The notes below the pieces were generated by a model. It was not told where the DNA came from. It saw only the letters and a program-made list of their open reading frames with translations, and did not search any database. Both the position numbers and the translations under genes were made by a program. 32,000 bases of DNA from Candidatus Methanoperedens sp. (GTDB lineage Archaea > Halobacteriota > Methanosarcinia > Methanosarcinales > Methanoperedenaceae): contig JBGQBI010000002.1 in NCBI GenBank assembly GCA_041494705.1, positions 416,501-448,500 on the forward strand, given 5' to 3'. Shown one piece after another: positions 1 through 7,402 of this stretch (position 1 is its first letter; every line of letters begins with the position of its first letter).

Positions 1-780
1 ATCAATTCCCGACTCGATTGCATTAATAATTTCAACAGGCGAACCTACGCCCATCAGGTAGCGTGGCTTATCCTCAGGAACCAGCGGGACGCTGTATTTC
101 AGTACATCATTCATTATTTCCTTTGGCTCGCCGATTGAAAGCCCGCCTATCCCGTATCCGTCAAATTCCATCCCAATCAGTTCCTCAGCGCATTTTTTCC
201 GAAGTTCCGCAAACGTCCCTCCCTGCAATATCGCAAAAAAAAGCTGGCCTTCGTTTTCTTCCACATCTCTGGCTGCCGCAGCCCATTTTATCGTCCGTTC
301 CATGGAAGCCTCTACAACCTTGTACTCGCTTCCATACGCAGGACAGTCGTCCAGAATCATGGCAACGTCGCTTCCAAGGATTTTCTGGTTCTCAAGACAT
401 ATTTCTGGAGAATAGGAATATTTTTTGCCATCACGCAGGTTTTTATAAGTGATTCCTTCATCCGTAATCTTGAACGGGAAATCCTTGCGTATCATCTGGA
501 AGCCGCCGCTGTCCGTGAAAATAGCGCGTTCCCAGTTCATGAATTTATGCAGCCCCCCGGCCTTTCGGATGACCTCCATACCCGGCGCAAGTAAGAGATG
601 GAATGCGTTGCTGATGAGCGCCTGCGTTCCCATTTCGTACAGCTCTTCGGGTGTGAGCGTCTTCACCGTGGCTTTTGTGGCAACAGGCATGAAGGCTGGC
701 GTATCTATGACGCCATGGATAGTTCTGAGTTTTCCTGCTCTTGCGCCTGTATTTTTATCTGTGTGAATTAGCTCGTACAT
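1..780 (-). CDS. tgt: bacterial-type tRNA-guanine transglycosylase (queuine/preQ1 tRNA-ribosyltransferase); N-terminal 260 codons, C-terminus runs off the window
   Basis: Absent from the ORF track because it has no stop in the window. My reverse-complement translation from the ATG at 780-778 stays open to position 1: MYELIHTDKNTGARAGKLRTIHGVIDTPAFMPVATKATVKTLTPEEL..AIFTDSGGFQMIRKD..LGSDVAMILDDCP..GYGIGGLSIGEPKE..PRYLMGVGSPVEIINAIESGID. The TDSGGFQ, DDC and GGLSxGE motifs fit bacterial Tgt rather than archaeal ArcTGT. Confidence 0.85.
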   Translation of the reverse strand, partial: MYELIHTDKNTGARAGKLRTIHGVIDTPAFMPVATKATVKTLTPEELYEMGTQALISNAFHLLLAPGMEVIRKAGGLHKFMNWERAIFTDSGGFQMIRKDFPFKITDEGITYKNLRDGKKYSYSPEICLENQKILGSDVAMILDDCPAYGSEYKVVEASMERTIKWAAAARDVEENEGQLFFAILQGGTFAELRKKCAEELIGMEFDGYGIGGLSIGEPKEIMNDVLKYSVPLVPEDKPRYLMGVGSPVEIINAIESGID

Positions 781-786
781 TTTATT

Positions 787-1791
787 TTACCTGAATACCA
801 GCATTGCATCGCCGAAACTGTAAAACCTGTATGATTGTGATATAGCCTCATTATAAGCGACCATTAACCGCTCCCTGCCTGCAAATGCGCTCACCAGCAT
901 CAAAAGGGTGGATTTGGGGAGGTGGAAGTTAGTGATTATAGCATCGATATTCGATTTGAAACCGTAAGGCGGATAGATAAAAAGCTGGCTGAATCCATCA
1001 TGCGCTGCAATTTTTCCGTCCACGCATGAACTTTCAAGCGCTTTTACAGTGGTTGTCCCGGCGGCTATGAGCTTACCTTTTGTTTTATTGATTATTTCTG
1101 CATTATCTGAGCTGACTGAAATATATTCAGGTTCCATGTTGTGGTCTTCGATGTTCGCAGCCTTAACAGGTGTGAACGTGCCAAGACCCACATGAAGAGT
1201 GACATACGCAATACTTACACCTTTTTCTTTTATCCTGTCCAGCAGATGTTCTGTGAAATGCAGACCCGCAGTCGGCGCAGCAATTGAGCCTTTTTCCCTG
1301 GAATAGATTGTCTGGTATCGGTTCTTATCATCGAGTTTTTTCTTGATATACGGCGGGAGCGGTGCCTCGCCGATTTTTTCGAGAATATCGTTCAGGTTGC
1401 CGTTGCTGTTAAAATCAACAAGATACCTGCTGGTGTTGGAGCTCTTTCTGACTTCAAGGACTGTCGCTTCAATCTCGCCGAAATGAAGTTTTGTGCCTTC
1501 ATGGATATTTTTGCCCTGTATGAGACACTCGTATCCTGCATTGCTCTTTGAGATAACAAGCGCCTCCACGTGCCCGCCTGTACTCTTTTTGCCCTGGAGT
1601 TTTGCAGGGATGACGCGGGAATCATTTAGCACAAGGGTATCCCCTTCTTCAAAATAACCAACAATATCAGAAAAACGGCGGTGCTCGATATTTTGTCCAA
1701 GCACCAATAATCTCGATGAGTCCCTGGGTTCTATGGGCGACTGGGCAATCAGTTCTTTCGGGAGATTATAATCGAAATCAGAGAGTTTCAT
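787..1791 (-). CDS. queA: S-adenosylmethionine:tRNA ribosyltransferase-isomerase
   Basis: 334-aa ORF with a QueA-typical N-terminus (MKLSDFDYNLPKELIAQSPIEPRDSSRLLVL), plus LPPYI and AAPTAGLHFT. Its stop lies 6 nt upstream of the tgt start on the same strand. Confidence 0.9.
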   Translation of the reverse strand: MKLSDFDYNLPKELIAQSPIEPRDSSRLLVLGQNIEHRRFSDIVGYFEEGDTLVLNDSRVIPAKLQGKKSTGGHVEALVISKSNAGYECLIQGKNIHEGTKLHFGEIEATVLEVRKSSNTSRYLVDFNSNGNLNDILEKIGEAPLPPYIKKKLDDKNRYQTIYSREKGSIAAPTAGLHFTEHLLDRIKEKGVSIAYVTLHVGLGTFTPVKAANIEDHNMEPEYISVSSDNAEIINKTKGKLIAAGTTTVKALESSCVDGKIAAHDGFSQLFIYPPYGFKSNIDAIITNFHLPKSTLLMLVSAFAGRERLMVAYNEAISQSYRFYSFGDAMLVFR

Positions 1792-1816
1792 CTGTCTGCT
1801 TAGATTACATTGTGGG

Positions 1817-2599
1817 TTAAGTAATTTTTCTCAAAATAATCTCATCACCGGGTTTTTTATTAAAAAATTGCGCGGCATTTCCCCGGTTCACCGCAATCTC
1901 AAGAAACCCGTGGCTTCCAATCATTGCAACAGGTTCGCCTTTTCTGCAAAACCCGTATGATTTATGGAATAAAATCCGGACATTCTGGATATCCAGTACA
2001 TCCCCGAATTGGAAATCCACCATATCCGAGGTTATGTTTGTGACAAGATTTCCGAACTGGTCAATGAAGATAATCCTGCCCTGAAGTGAGCCGTCTTTTT
2101 TCAATCCTTTTCCAAAATCAAGGTCCACATAGTCAAAAATCTGTTTCCCCACAACGCTTATGTCCAGCCCTTTTGAGATATGCGCTCCCACAGGCGCAAA
2201 AATATCCCTCCCGTGGAAAGTACTGGAAACCTGTTTTCGAAACAGGTTCGTGTTTGTAATCTCATAAACCTTAAAATAACCAAGGCTTTTCGCTGCAGGT
2301 AACAGGAGGCCATTATTGGGACCTATGAAATAATGGTTTCCGTGAAAATCCGAATCCGCCCTGATTGCAATAGCCCGCCGCTGCGTTCCGACTCCGGGGT
2401 CAACTACTGCAATATGTACCGTATCTGAGGGGAAAGACCTTGCACTTATCATTAATATGAATGCACCGGCGCGTACGTCATGAGCCGGCACAGAATGAGA
2501 GATATCAACAATAGTGGCTGACCTGTTTATTCCATAGATTGCGCCCTTCATGGAGGCGGGATAGACATCCCCGAAATCTGAAAGCAGGGTAATTACCAT
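1817..2599 (-). CDS. SAM hydroxide adenosyltransferase family protein (DUF62, chlorinase/fluorinase-like)
   Basis: 260-aa ORF: MVITLLSDFG..YPASMKG..VVDPGVGT.RRAIA..FIGPNNGLL, typical of DUF62 SAM-cleaving enzymes. It is co-directional with queA and ends 25 nt upstream of it. Confidence 0.8.
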   Translation of the reverse strand: MVITLLSDFGDVYPASMKGAIYGINRSATIVDISHSVPAHDVRAGAFILMISARSFPSDTVHIAVVDPGVGTQRRAIAIRADSDFHGNHYFIGPNNGLLLPAAKSLGYFKVYEITNTNLFRKQVSSTFHGRDIFAPVGAHISKGLDISVVGKQIFDYVDLDFGKGLKKDGSLQGRIIFIDQFGNLVTNITSDMVDFQFGDVLDIQNVRILFHKSYGFCRKGEPVAMIGSHGFLEIAVNRGNAAQFFNKKPGDEIILRKIT

Positions 2600-2652
2600 A
2601 ATCCAAGAAACATTTAATACCTGTCAAACTATAAAACCCGCTGTCATACCGT

Positions 2653-2726
2653 GGACTCGTGGGGTAGCCAGGATATCCTAGCGGGCTTCGAACCCGCGGA
2701 CCCGCGTTCGAATCGCGGCGAGTCCG
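2653..2726 (+). tRNA. tRNA-Arg (anticodon TCG at 2688-2690), no encoded CCA
   Basis: Hand-folded cloverleaf. Acceptor GGACTCG/CGAGTCC, anticodon stem GCGGG/CCCGC with loop CTTCGAA, T arm CCGCG-TTCGAAT-CGCGG, discriminator G. An oligo-T run (2727-2732) follows. Confidence 0.9.
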
Positions 2727-3078
2727 TTTTTTAAACTGAAAGCTTGATAAACCGTCCCGAAGGGCTGTTCTCGCGGGTAGGCGCACATTCGCTTTTGCGT
2801 GCTCCCTTTAGGGCGGGGGCGCAATCGTCAGGATTGATTTTGATGGCTCTGTCTTGGCGCATATACAATAATTGACCGTTGATATTGAAGGATTGATTTT
2901 TATGAGATTAGTGTAAAGTTACAATGGTTTTTAGCTCTTAAATAATGGACATATTTATTAAATAATATTAAACAAATTTCTTTGTTAATGCCATGAATAG
3001 CTTTCTCATTCAATAAATTTAAATATTATTAATGTTAATGAAAACTCGTGGCTAACTTGAGATTGTAGAGGTTGAAAC

Positions 3079-3609
3079 ATGAGTTTAATAACTCAATTGA
3101 CGAATTCAGATATACCAATTGTCATTATCCTATTAGGTGCTCTTTTCCTTTATTTTGGATTTATTATAGGGAATACAAAAGTTTGGAAATCTGATAAAAT
3201 CGAATCTTATATAGAAGGTTTATTTTTCTTTGTTTTTTACATTTTTATTCCTTTTATTGCTTGTTTTTATCTCAGAGGTCAATTAAATGTTTGGTCTTTC
3301 TTATTAAATCCTATCTATATTCAAGTCGTTGTCTTACTTCAAGTCGCTGTCTTGTTATTTCAATTTGTTATCTTCAGCTTTCTTTCAACGGTCTTACAGG
3401 CACAGAGAATTAGAAGATATGAATTCGTTGATACAGGTAGAAATCAATTTGAAAAAATGATTAATGATTTTCCATTCATTGGGAGAATTATCAGAAGAAA
3501 TGAGAATTTGTATGATAAAGTTGAAACATTTTTTGAATTGTTTATCTACAAAATTCCGATTAAAATGGGGAATCGATACATACTTTTCATTTCTGACAAT
3601 CCTATTTAA
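3079..3609 (+). CDS. hypothetical multi-pass membrane protein (low-GC islet)
   Basis: 176-aa ORF with GAGGT 8 nt upstream of the ATG and several hydrophobic segments (IVIILLGALFLYFGFII, LFFFVFYIFIPFIACFY, VVVLLQVAVLLFQFVIFSFL). I recognise no family. Confidence 0.5.
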   Translation: MSLITQLTNSDIPIVIILLGALFLYFGFIIGNTKVWKSDKIESYIEGLFFFVFYIFIPFIACFYLRGQLNVWSFLLNPIYIQVVVLLQVAVLLFQFVIFSFLSTVLQAQRIRRYEFVDTGRNQFEKMINDFPFIGRIIRRNENLYDKVETFFELFIYKIPIKMGNRYILFISDNPI

Positions 3610-4183
3610 TTTCATATTATATGATTCACCAACTACCTTAGCATACGTCTCAGGAGAGCTATTGATTTTTGGATTCTCTCTGGTATTAAGTTTTTTTATA
3701 TTAACTTATGTGGCATCAGCGTATGGTTATAGTGATGTTGGTTATCGTTTCGTGAAAGTTTACTTGGTTGATAGTGAACCTATTCGGGGAAAAATGATGT
3801 ATTATGGAGAACTTGTTATCATACTAAAAAATGGGTATTTGTTTAGCTGGGACAGCATTCCAGAAAGCGGCAACGATGGGCTCATAGAATTTCTAAATCG
3901 ATATTTTGGTATTGAGTGGGTAAGAACGGCAAACATTGAAAAAAGCGATAATGGTAGAACCATAAAGTTATCTACTGAAAATAATTCTCTTTCGCTAATG
4001 CTTAACAATGAAAACACCAAGGTAAATCTAAAAATCGATGACGGTAGAAATGATGAATTTATGGTGAAGACAGAAAAAAGTAAGCTGAACATATACGAAA
4101 ATAAACGGATTTTGATAAATAAAGATAAAATCAATTATATTGAAGATAGTTTTTTTGAAACCGAAAAAGATAAAAATCTATAA
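3464..4183 (+). CDS. hypothetical membrane protein with soluble C-terminal domain; start uncertain, possibly a +1 frame continuation of 3079..3609
   Basis: 239-aa ORF overlapping the preceding ORF by 146 nt in another frame. TM segments (YFSFLTILFNFIL, LLIFGFSLVLSFFILTYV) are followed by a Lys/Asn/Glu-rich soluble part. No in-frame ATG lies between 3512 and about 3793. Confidence 0.4.
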   Translation: MIFHSLGELSEEMRICMIKLKHFLNCLSTKFRLKWGIDTYFSFLTILFNFILYDSPTTLAYVSGELLIFGFSLVLSFFILTYVASAYGYSDVGYRFVKVYLVDSEPIRGKMMYYGELVIILKNGYLFSWDSIPESGNDGLIEFLNRYFGIEWVRTANIEKSDNGRTIKLSTENNSLSLMLNNENTKVNLKIDDGRNDEFMVKTEKSKLNIYENKRILINKDKINYIEDSFFETEKDKNL

Positions 4184-4240
4184 GTTGATTTATTTAGTAA
4201 ATAGTTTTATAATTATTATTTGGTTCGATGATTTTCTTAT

Positions 4241-4972
4241 TTAATACGTCAATAATGCCTTCATTTTTGATATTACTTCATTCAAATCATTGGTTCTTTG
4301 TTCGACTATTGTGGCTTGGGTTTTGACTTGACCAGAAAGTGTAGCTTTTTTTATAATATTTGCTTGATTATATTGTGATATTAAGTTATTATATTGTGTT
4401 ACTGCATCATTATATTTAGATAACTGGTCATTATATTGTGTTAAAAGTTGTAGATATTCTTTAAATTGTTTGGGAGTATAAAAATTCCATCCTCTATAAT
4501 AACGTGGATTATCCGTGGAGTAAACTAAATATCCTCCTGTTGTTTCTAAAGCTAACCATTTATCGGCGGATACTTCTGCTAAAACCCATGCATGATTAGA
4601 TTCAAATAGCGTTGCATTATCTTTATCAACATTACCAATTTGAATTTTTGCATTAATTCCTCTAGTTTTTAACATATTCCAGACATCATTAGCCATATCC
4701 CCACATACAAAAATATCCTTTCCGTAATAAGTATGAGTTTGATGGTATTCCTCAACAACTTCCTTGCTAATTTGAATGTTCATCTCTTCTAATGTAGGTG
4801 TATGAGTTGGAGTTATTTGTGTAGGAATAGGAGTTAGTGTTGTAGTAGGCTCCGGTACTGTTTGCCTGTTTCCCGACAAGGACTTTATGGTAGTGTCGTT
4901 ACCTAAACAACCTGAAACAATAATTGCTAATCCAAAGATTGCTATAAATATAATCGATTTAAATTGTACCAT
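4241..4972 (-). CDS. secreted lipoprotein with transglutaminase-like cysteine peptidase core and C-terminal YN-heptad coiled coil
   Basis: Signal peptide plus lipobox (IIVSGC) and a Thr/Pro linker (PEPTTTLTPIPTQITPTHTPT). Candidate Cys-His-acid triad context: FVCGDMANDVW, NHAWVLAEV, WLALETT. The C-terminus has four YNxxxxx heptads. Confidence 0.6.
   Translation of the reverse strand: MVQFKSIIFIAIFGLAIIVSGCLGNDTTIKSLSGNRQTVPEPTTTLTPIPTQITPTHTPTLEEMNIQISKEVVEEYHQTHTYYGKDIFVCGDMANDVWNMLKTRGINAKIQIGNVDKDNATLFESNHAWVLAEVSADKWLALETTGGYLVYSTDNPRYYRGWNFYTPKQFKEYLQLLTQYNDQLSKYNDAVTQYNNLISQYNQANIIKKATLSGQVKTQATIVEQRTNDLNEVISKMKALLTY
4368..4451. repeat. 4 x 21-bp tandem repeat (TTATATTGTG core at 4368, 4389, 4410, 4431)
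   Basis: Exact 21-nt spacing of the TTATATTGTG/TTATATTTAG cores. On the minus strand it encodes the heptads YNDQLSK-YNDAVTQ-YNNLISQ-YNQANII of the lipoprotein. Confidence 0.8.
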
Positions 4973-5046
4973 AAATTTTAAAATGATTTTATTCCTAAAT
5001 AAAACTATTGTATCTTGGAATAAGTACGTTTACAATTTCCTATGCG

Positions 5047-5082
5047 TTTAAAAAAGAGAAAAATTCCGGTAAAAACCGGAAT
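5047..5082 (-). terminator. hairpin plus T-tract terminator-like element downstream of the ftsZ paralog
   Basis: ATTCCGGT (5063-5070) / ACCGGAAT (5075-5082) form an 8-bp stem with a 4-nt loop. On the minus strand it sits 8 nt after the stop and is followed by TTTTTCTCTTTTTT. Confidence 0.55.
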
Positions 5083-5089
5083 AACAGAC

Positions 5090-6253
5090 TTATTTTGTGA
5101 AATACCAGAGCAGAATCAGTATTATTAAAAGGATTATACCGATCCAGATATAGGTATTGCTGGACTTTGGTTCTACCTTGGGCTGCGGCTTGGGCGGTTC
5201 CACCCTCGGAGCAGGCCTCGGTTTTGGCGGTTCTGGTCTTGGCTCGGGTTTTGGTTCTTCAACTACGACCTCTTCCTTTACCTTTCCGGACACGAAGGGA
5301 CTCTCAACGCCGGTCAGGACTGCCATTACACGAACTTTTCCTGTAAGGTTATTATCCACTTTCGCGCCCCAGATAATCCTCTTGGTATTCGGGACTTTAT
5401 CCATTATCATTTCGCCAGTGACCGCGACTTCTTCCAGTGTCAGGTCTTCGCCTCCGACGATATGGATAAGAACACCATAGCTTGCGGAAATATCCGTCAC
5501 GTCAAGCAGCGGTGTACTGATTGCCTGGGCTACGGCTTTGCTTACCCTGTCTTCGCCGTCCCCTTCACCAATACCTATTGACGATATTCCGCCGCGCTCC
5601 ATGACAGCGCGAAGATCAGCGAAATCAAGGTTTACAAGGCTTGGCTGGGTTATGGTGTCTGTAAGGTTCTTTACAAATGCTCCCACAAGCGCATTTGCAA
5701 CATTGAGGGCTTCCTTCAAGGGGAGGTTGCCTGCAACTTCTCTTAACTTTGAGTTATCAATTATTACAACCGAATCACAGGACTGTGCAAGCAAATTGAT
5801 GGCTTCTCTTGCTTTCTCCCTTCTTGACATCTCGATTGTAAATGGAATGGTCACGCATCCGATTGTAAGAGCACCGAGCTCGCGTGTCAGCTCTGCCACC
5901 ACGGGTATAGCGCCTGTACCGGTTCCGCCTCCCAGTCCAGCTACCAGGAATACGAGGTTAGTACCTTCAAGTTCGGCTTTCAACTCCCCTATATTCTCTT
6001 TGGTTGCCTGGGCGCCCATCTCCGGGTAGCCTCCGCATCCGTGTCCTTTGCACAATTTTTCTCCAAGTAGAATCACTTTATCTGCTTTTTGAACATAAAG
6101 GTGATTCACATCGGTATTTGCGGCAATTATCCTTCCGCCAGTAATACCTTTTTCTGCTATCCATGTAGTGATATTACAACCAGCGCCACCTAAGCCCACT
6201 ACGGCAACAGACGGTTTTGCTGTTTTTGCAAACGCTTTCAAATCAGTAACCAT
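5090..6253 (-). CDS. ftsZ: FtsZ/tubulin-family GTPase paralog with Pro/Lys/Glu linker and C-terminal transmembrane helix
   Basis: VAVVGLGGAGCN, NTD, tubulin signature GLGGGTGTGA and IPF..E fit the FtsZ core. The C-terminus is EEPKPEPRPEPPKPRPAPRVEPPKPQPKVEPK followed by YIWIGIILLIILILLWYFTK. The track start at 6277 is a TTG. I prefer the ATG at 6253, which has GGAGG 10 nt upstream. Confidence 0.85.
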   Translation of the reverse strand: MVTDLKAFAKTAKPSVAVVGLGGAGCNITTWIAEKGITGGRIIAANTDVNHLYVQKADKVILLGEKLCKGHGCGGYPEMGAQATKENIGELKAELEGTNLVFLVAGLGGGTGTGAIPVVAELTRELGALTIGCVTIPFTIEMSRREKAREAINLLAQSCDSVVIIDNSKLREVAGNLPLKEALNVANALVGAFVKNLTDTITQPSLVNLDFADLRAVMERGGISSIGIGEGDGEDRVSKAVAQAISTPLLDVTDISASYGVLIHIVGGEDLTLEEVAVTGEMIMDKVPNTKRIIWGAKVDNNLTGKVRVMAVLTGVESPFVSGKVKEEVVVEEPKPEPRPEPPKPRPAPRVEPPKPQPKVEPKSSNTYIWIGIILLIILILLWYFTK

Positions 6254-6480
6254 GTTTCTACAGCCTCCTTCATACAAATGGCTTTGTATTTTAATAGCAG
6301 TTTTACTATATATGCTTTATCAGGCTCGGTTTCATATGGTCTCATCATCACATTCCTTCTGAACCGGCATGATGTTCTCTCTTGTTGTCATAAGCTCAAT
6401 CGGCGGCGCGAACGGTAAGCAATAAATTAAATTTTTTTGATTATCGGGTAAAACCATTTAAAGCAGGAACAATAATGTAG

Positions 6481-7401
6481 ATGCTAATGGTCAAAGTTGA
6501 TAAATTCATCCACGAGAGCATTGAGAAGATAAAAAAAAATGTCAAAGGCAGGGCAATAATAGCGCTCTCCGGGGGAGTTGACAGCTCGGTCTGTGCGGTG
6601 CTTGCAAACAGGGCTATAGGCGAGATGCTTACGCCCATTTACATCGACACCGGGCTCATGCGAAAAGGTGAGACCGAAAGGATAAAGGATATCTTTTCAG
6701 ATATGAACCTTCAGGTCGTCGATGGAAAGGAGAATTTCCTGCGTGCATTGAAAGGCTTAACAGACCCCGAGAAAAAAAGAAAGGCGGTGGGTGAAGCATT
6801 CATCAGGGAATTTGAAAAAGAAGCCCGCAAACTCGGCGCAAGATACCTTATCCAGGGAACCATTTACCCTGACAGGATAGAATCCGAAGGAGGGATTAAG
6901 AGTCACCATAATGTGGGAGGACTGCCATCAGTAATTGATTTTGAAGGGATAGTTGAACCTTTAGCAGACCTTTACAAGGACGAGGTAAGAGAAGTCGCAA
7001 GAGCGCTTGGACTTCCGAGGGAGATTTCGGACAGGATGCCGTTCCCGGGACCGGGGTTGTCAGTCAGGATAATTGGCGAGGTAACTGAAGAAAAACTGGA
7101 TGTGGTCAGGGCAGCCAATGCGATTGTTGAGGAAGAACTTGTGGAACAGTTCGGTCCCTGGCAGACATTTGCGGCTCTCATTGAAAAAGGCACAGGAGTT
7201 AAAGGCGATATCCGCGTGCATGGATGGATAATTGCTGTGCGCGCCGTGAGTTCAAGGGACGGCATGACCGCCGAAGCTATGGAACTTCCCTGGGATACGC
7301 TTCGGAAAATCGAGTCACGCATCACGAGCGAAATACCCAATGTATCGCGGGTGCTTTACGACATGACACCAAAGCCGCCTGCTACAATCGAGTTTGAATA
7401 A
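6481..7401 (+). CDS. guaA: GMP synthase subunit B (ATP pyrophosphatase domain, stand-alone archaeal form)
   Basis: 306-aa ORF with the PP-loop [13 protein letters not shown], then [21 protein letters not shown], and the C-terminus KPPATIEFE. There is no glutamine amidotransferase domain, as in split archaeal GuaA. Confidence 0.9.
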   Translation: MLMVKVDKFIHESIEKIKKNVKGRAIIALSGGVDSSVCAVLANRAIGEMLTPIYIDTGLMRKGETERIKDIFSDMNLQVVDGKENFLRALKGLTDPEKKRKAVGEAFIREFEKEARKLGARYLIQGTIYPDRIESEGGIKSHHNVGGLPSVIDFEGIVEPLADLYKDEVREVARALGLPREISDRMPFPGPGLSVRIIGEVTEEKLDVVRAANAIVEEELVEQFGPWQTFAALIEKGTGVKGDIRVHGWIIAVRAVSSRDGMTAEAMELPWDTLRKIESRITSEIPNVSRVLYDMTPKPPATIEFE

Positions 7402-7402
7402 T

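Noticed and set aside
63-766. Two plus-strand track ORFs (63-452 and 449-766)
   Set aside because: They lie antisense to a continuous, motif-rich Tgt reading frame on the minus strand (open 780 to 1). Their products are low-complexity Pro/Ser/Arg-rich with no recognisable features.
2505-2786. 93-aa minus-strand ORF
   Set aside because: It overlaps the well-folded tRNA-Arg (2653-2726) and the DUF62 gene start. Its Arg/Pro-rich composition is typical of antisense to structured RNA.
2653-5089. Calling the tRNA-Arg-adjacent low-GC islet an integrated mobile element
   Set aside because: There is no integrase, transposase or conjugation gene, and no direct repeat of the tRNA 3' end at the distal boundary. 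Only the compositional signal remains, so it is reported as an observation rather than a mobile_element feature.
5157-6029. Plus-strand ORFs 5157-5480 and 5538-6029, with Gly/Ser/Pro-rich products
   Set aside because: They are antisense shadows of the ftsZ paralog. The Gly-rich stretch is just the complement of the Pro/Lys linker codons.
6300-6350. GTGATGATGA (minus strand) plus a nearby CTGA, resembling box C/D motifs upstream of ftsZ
   Set aside because: Only a C box and one CTGA are present. There is no C'/D pair, no terminal stem and no convincing guide. The region is better explained as the divergent ftsZ/guaA promoter (TATA-like CATATATAG).
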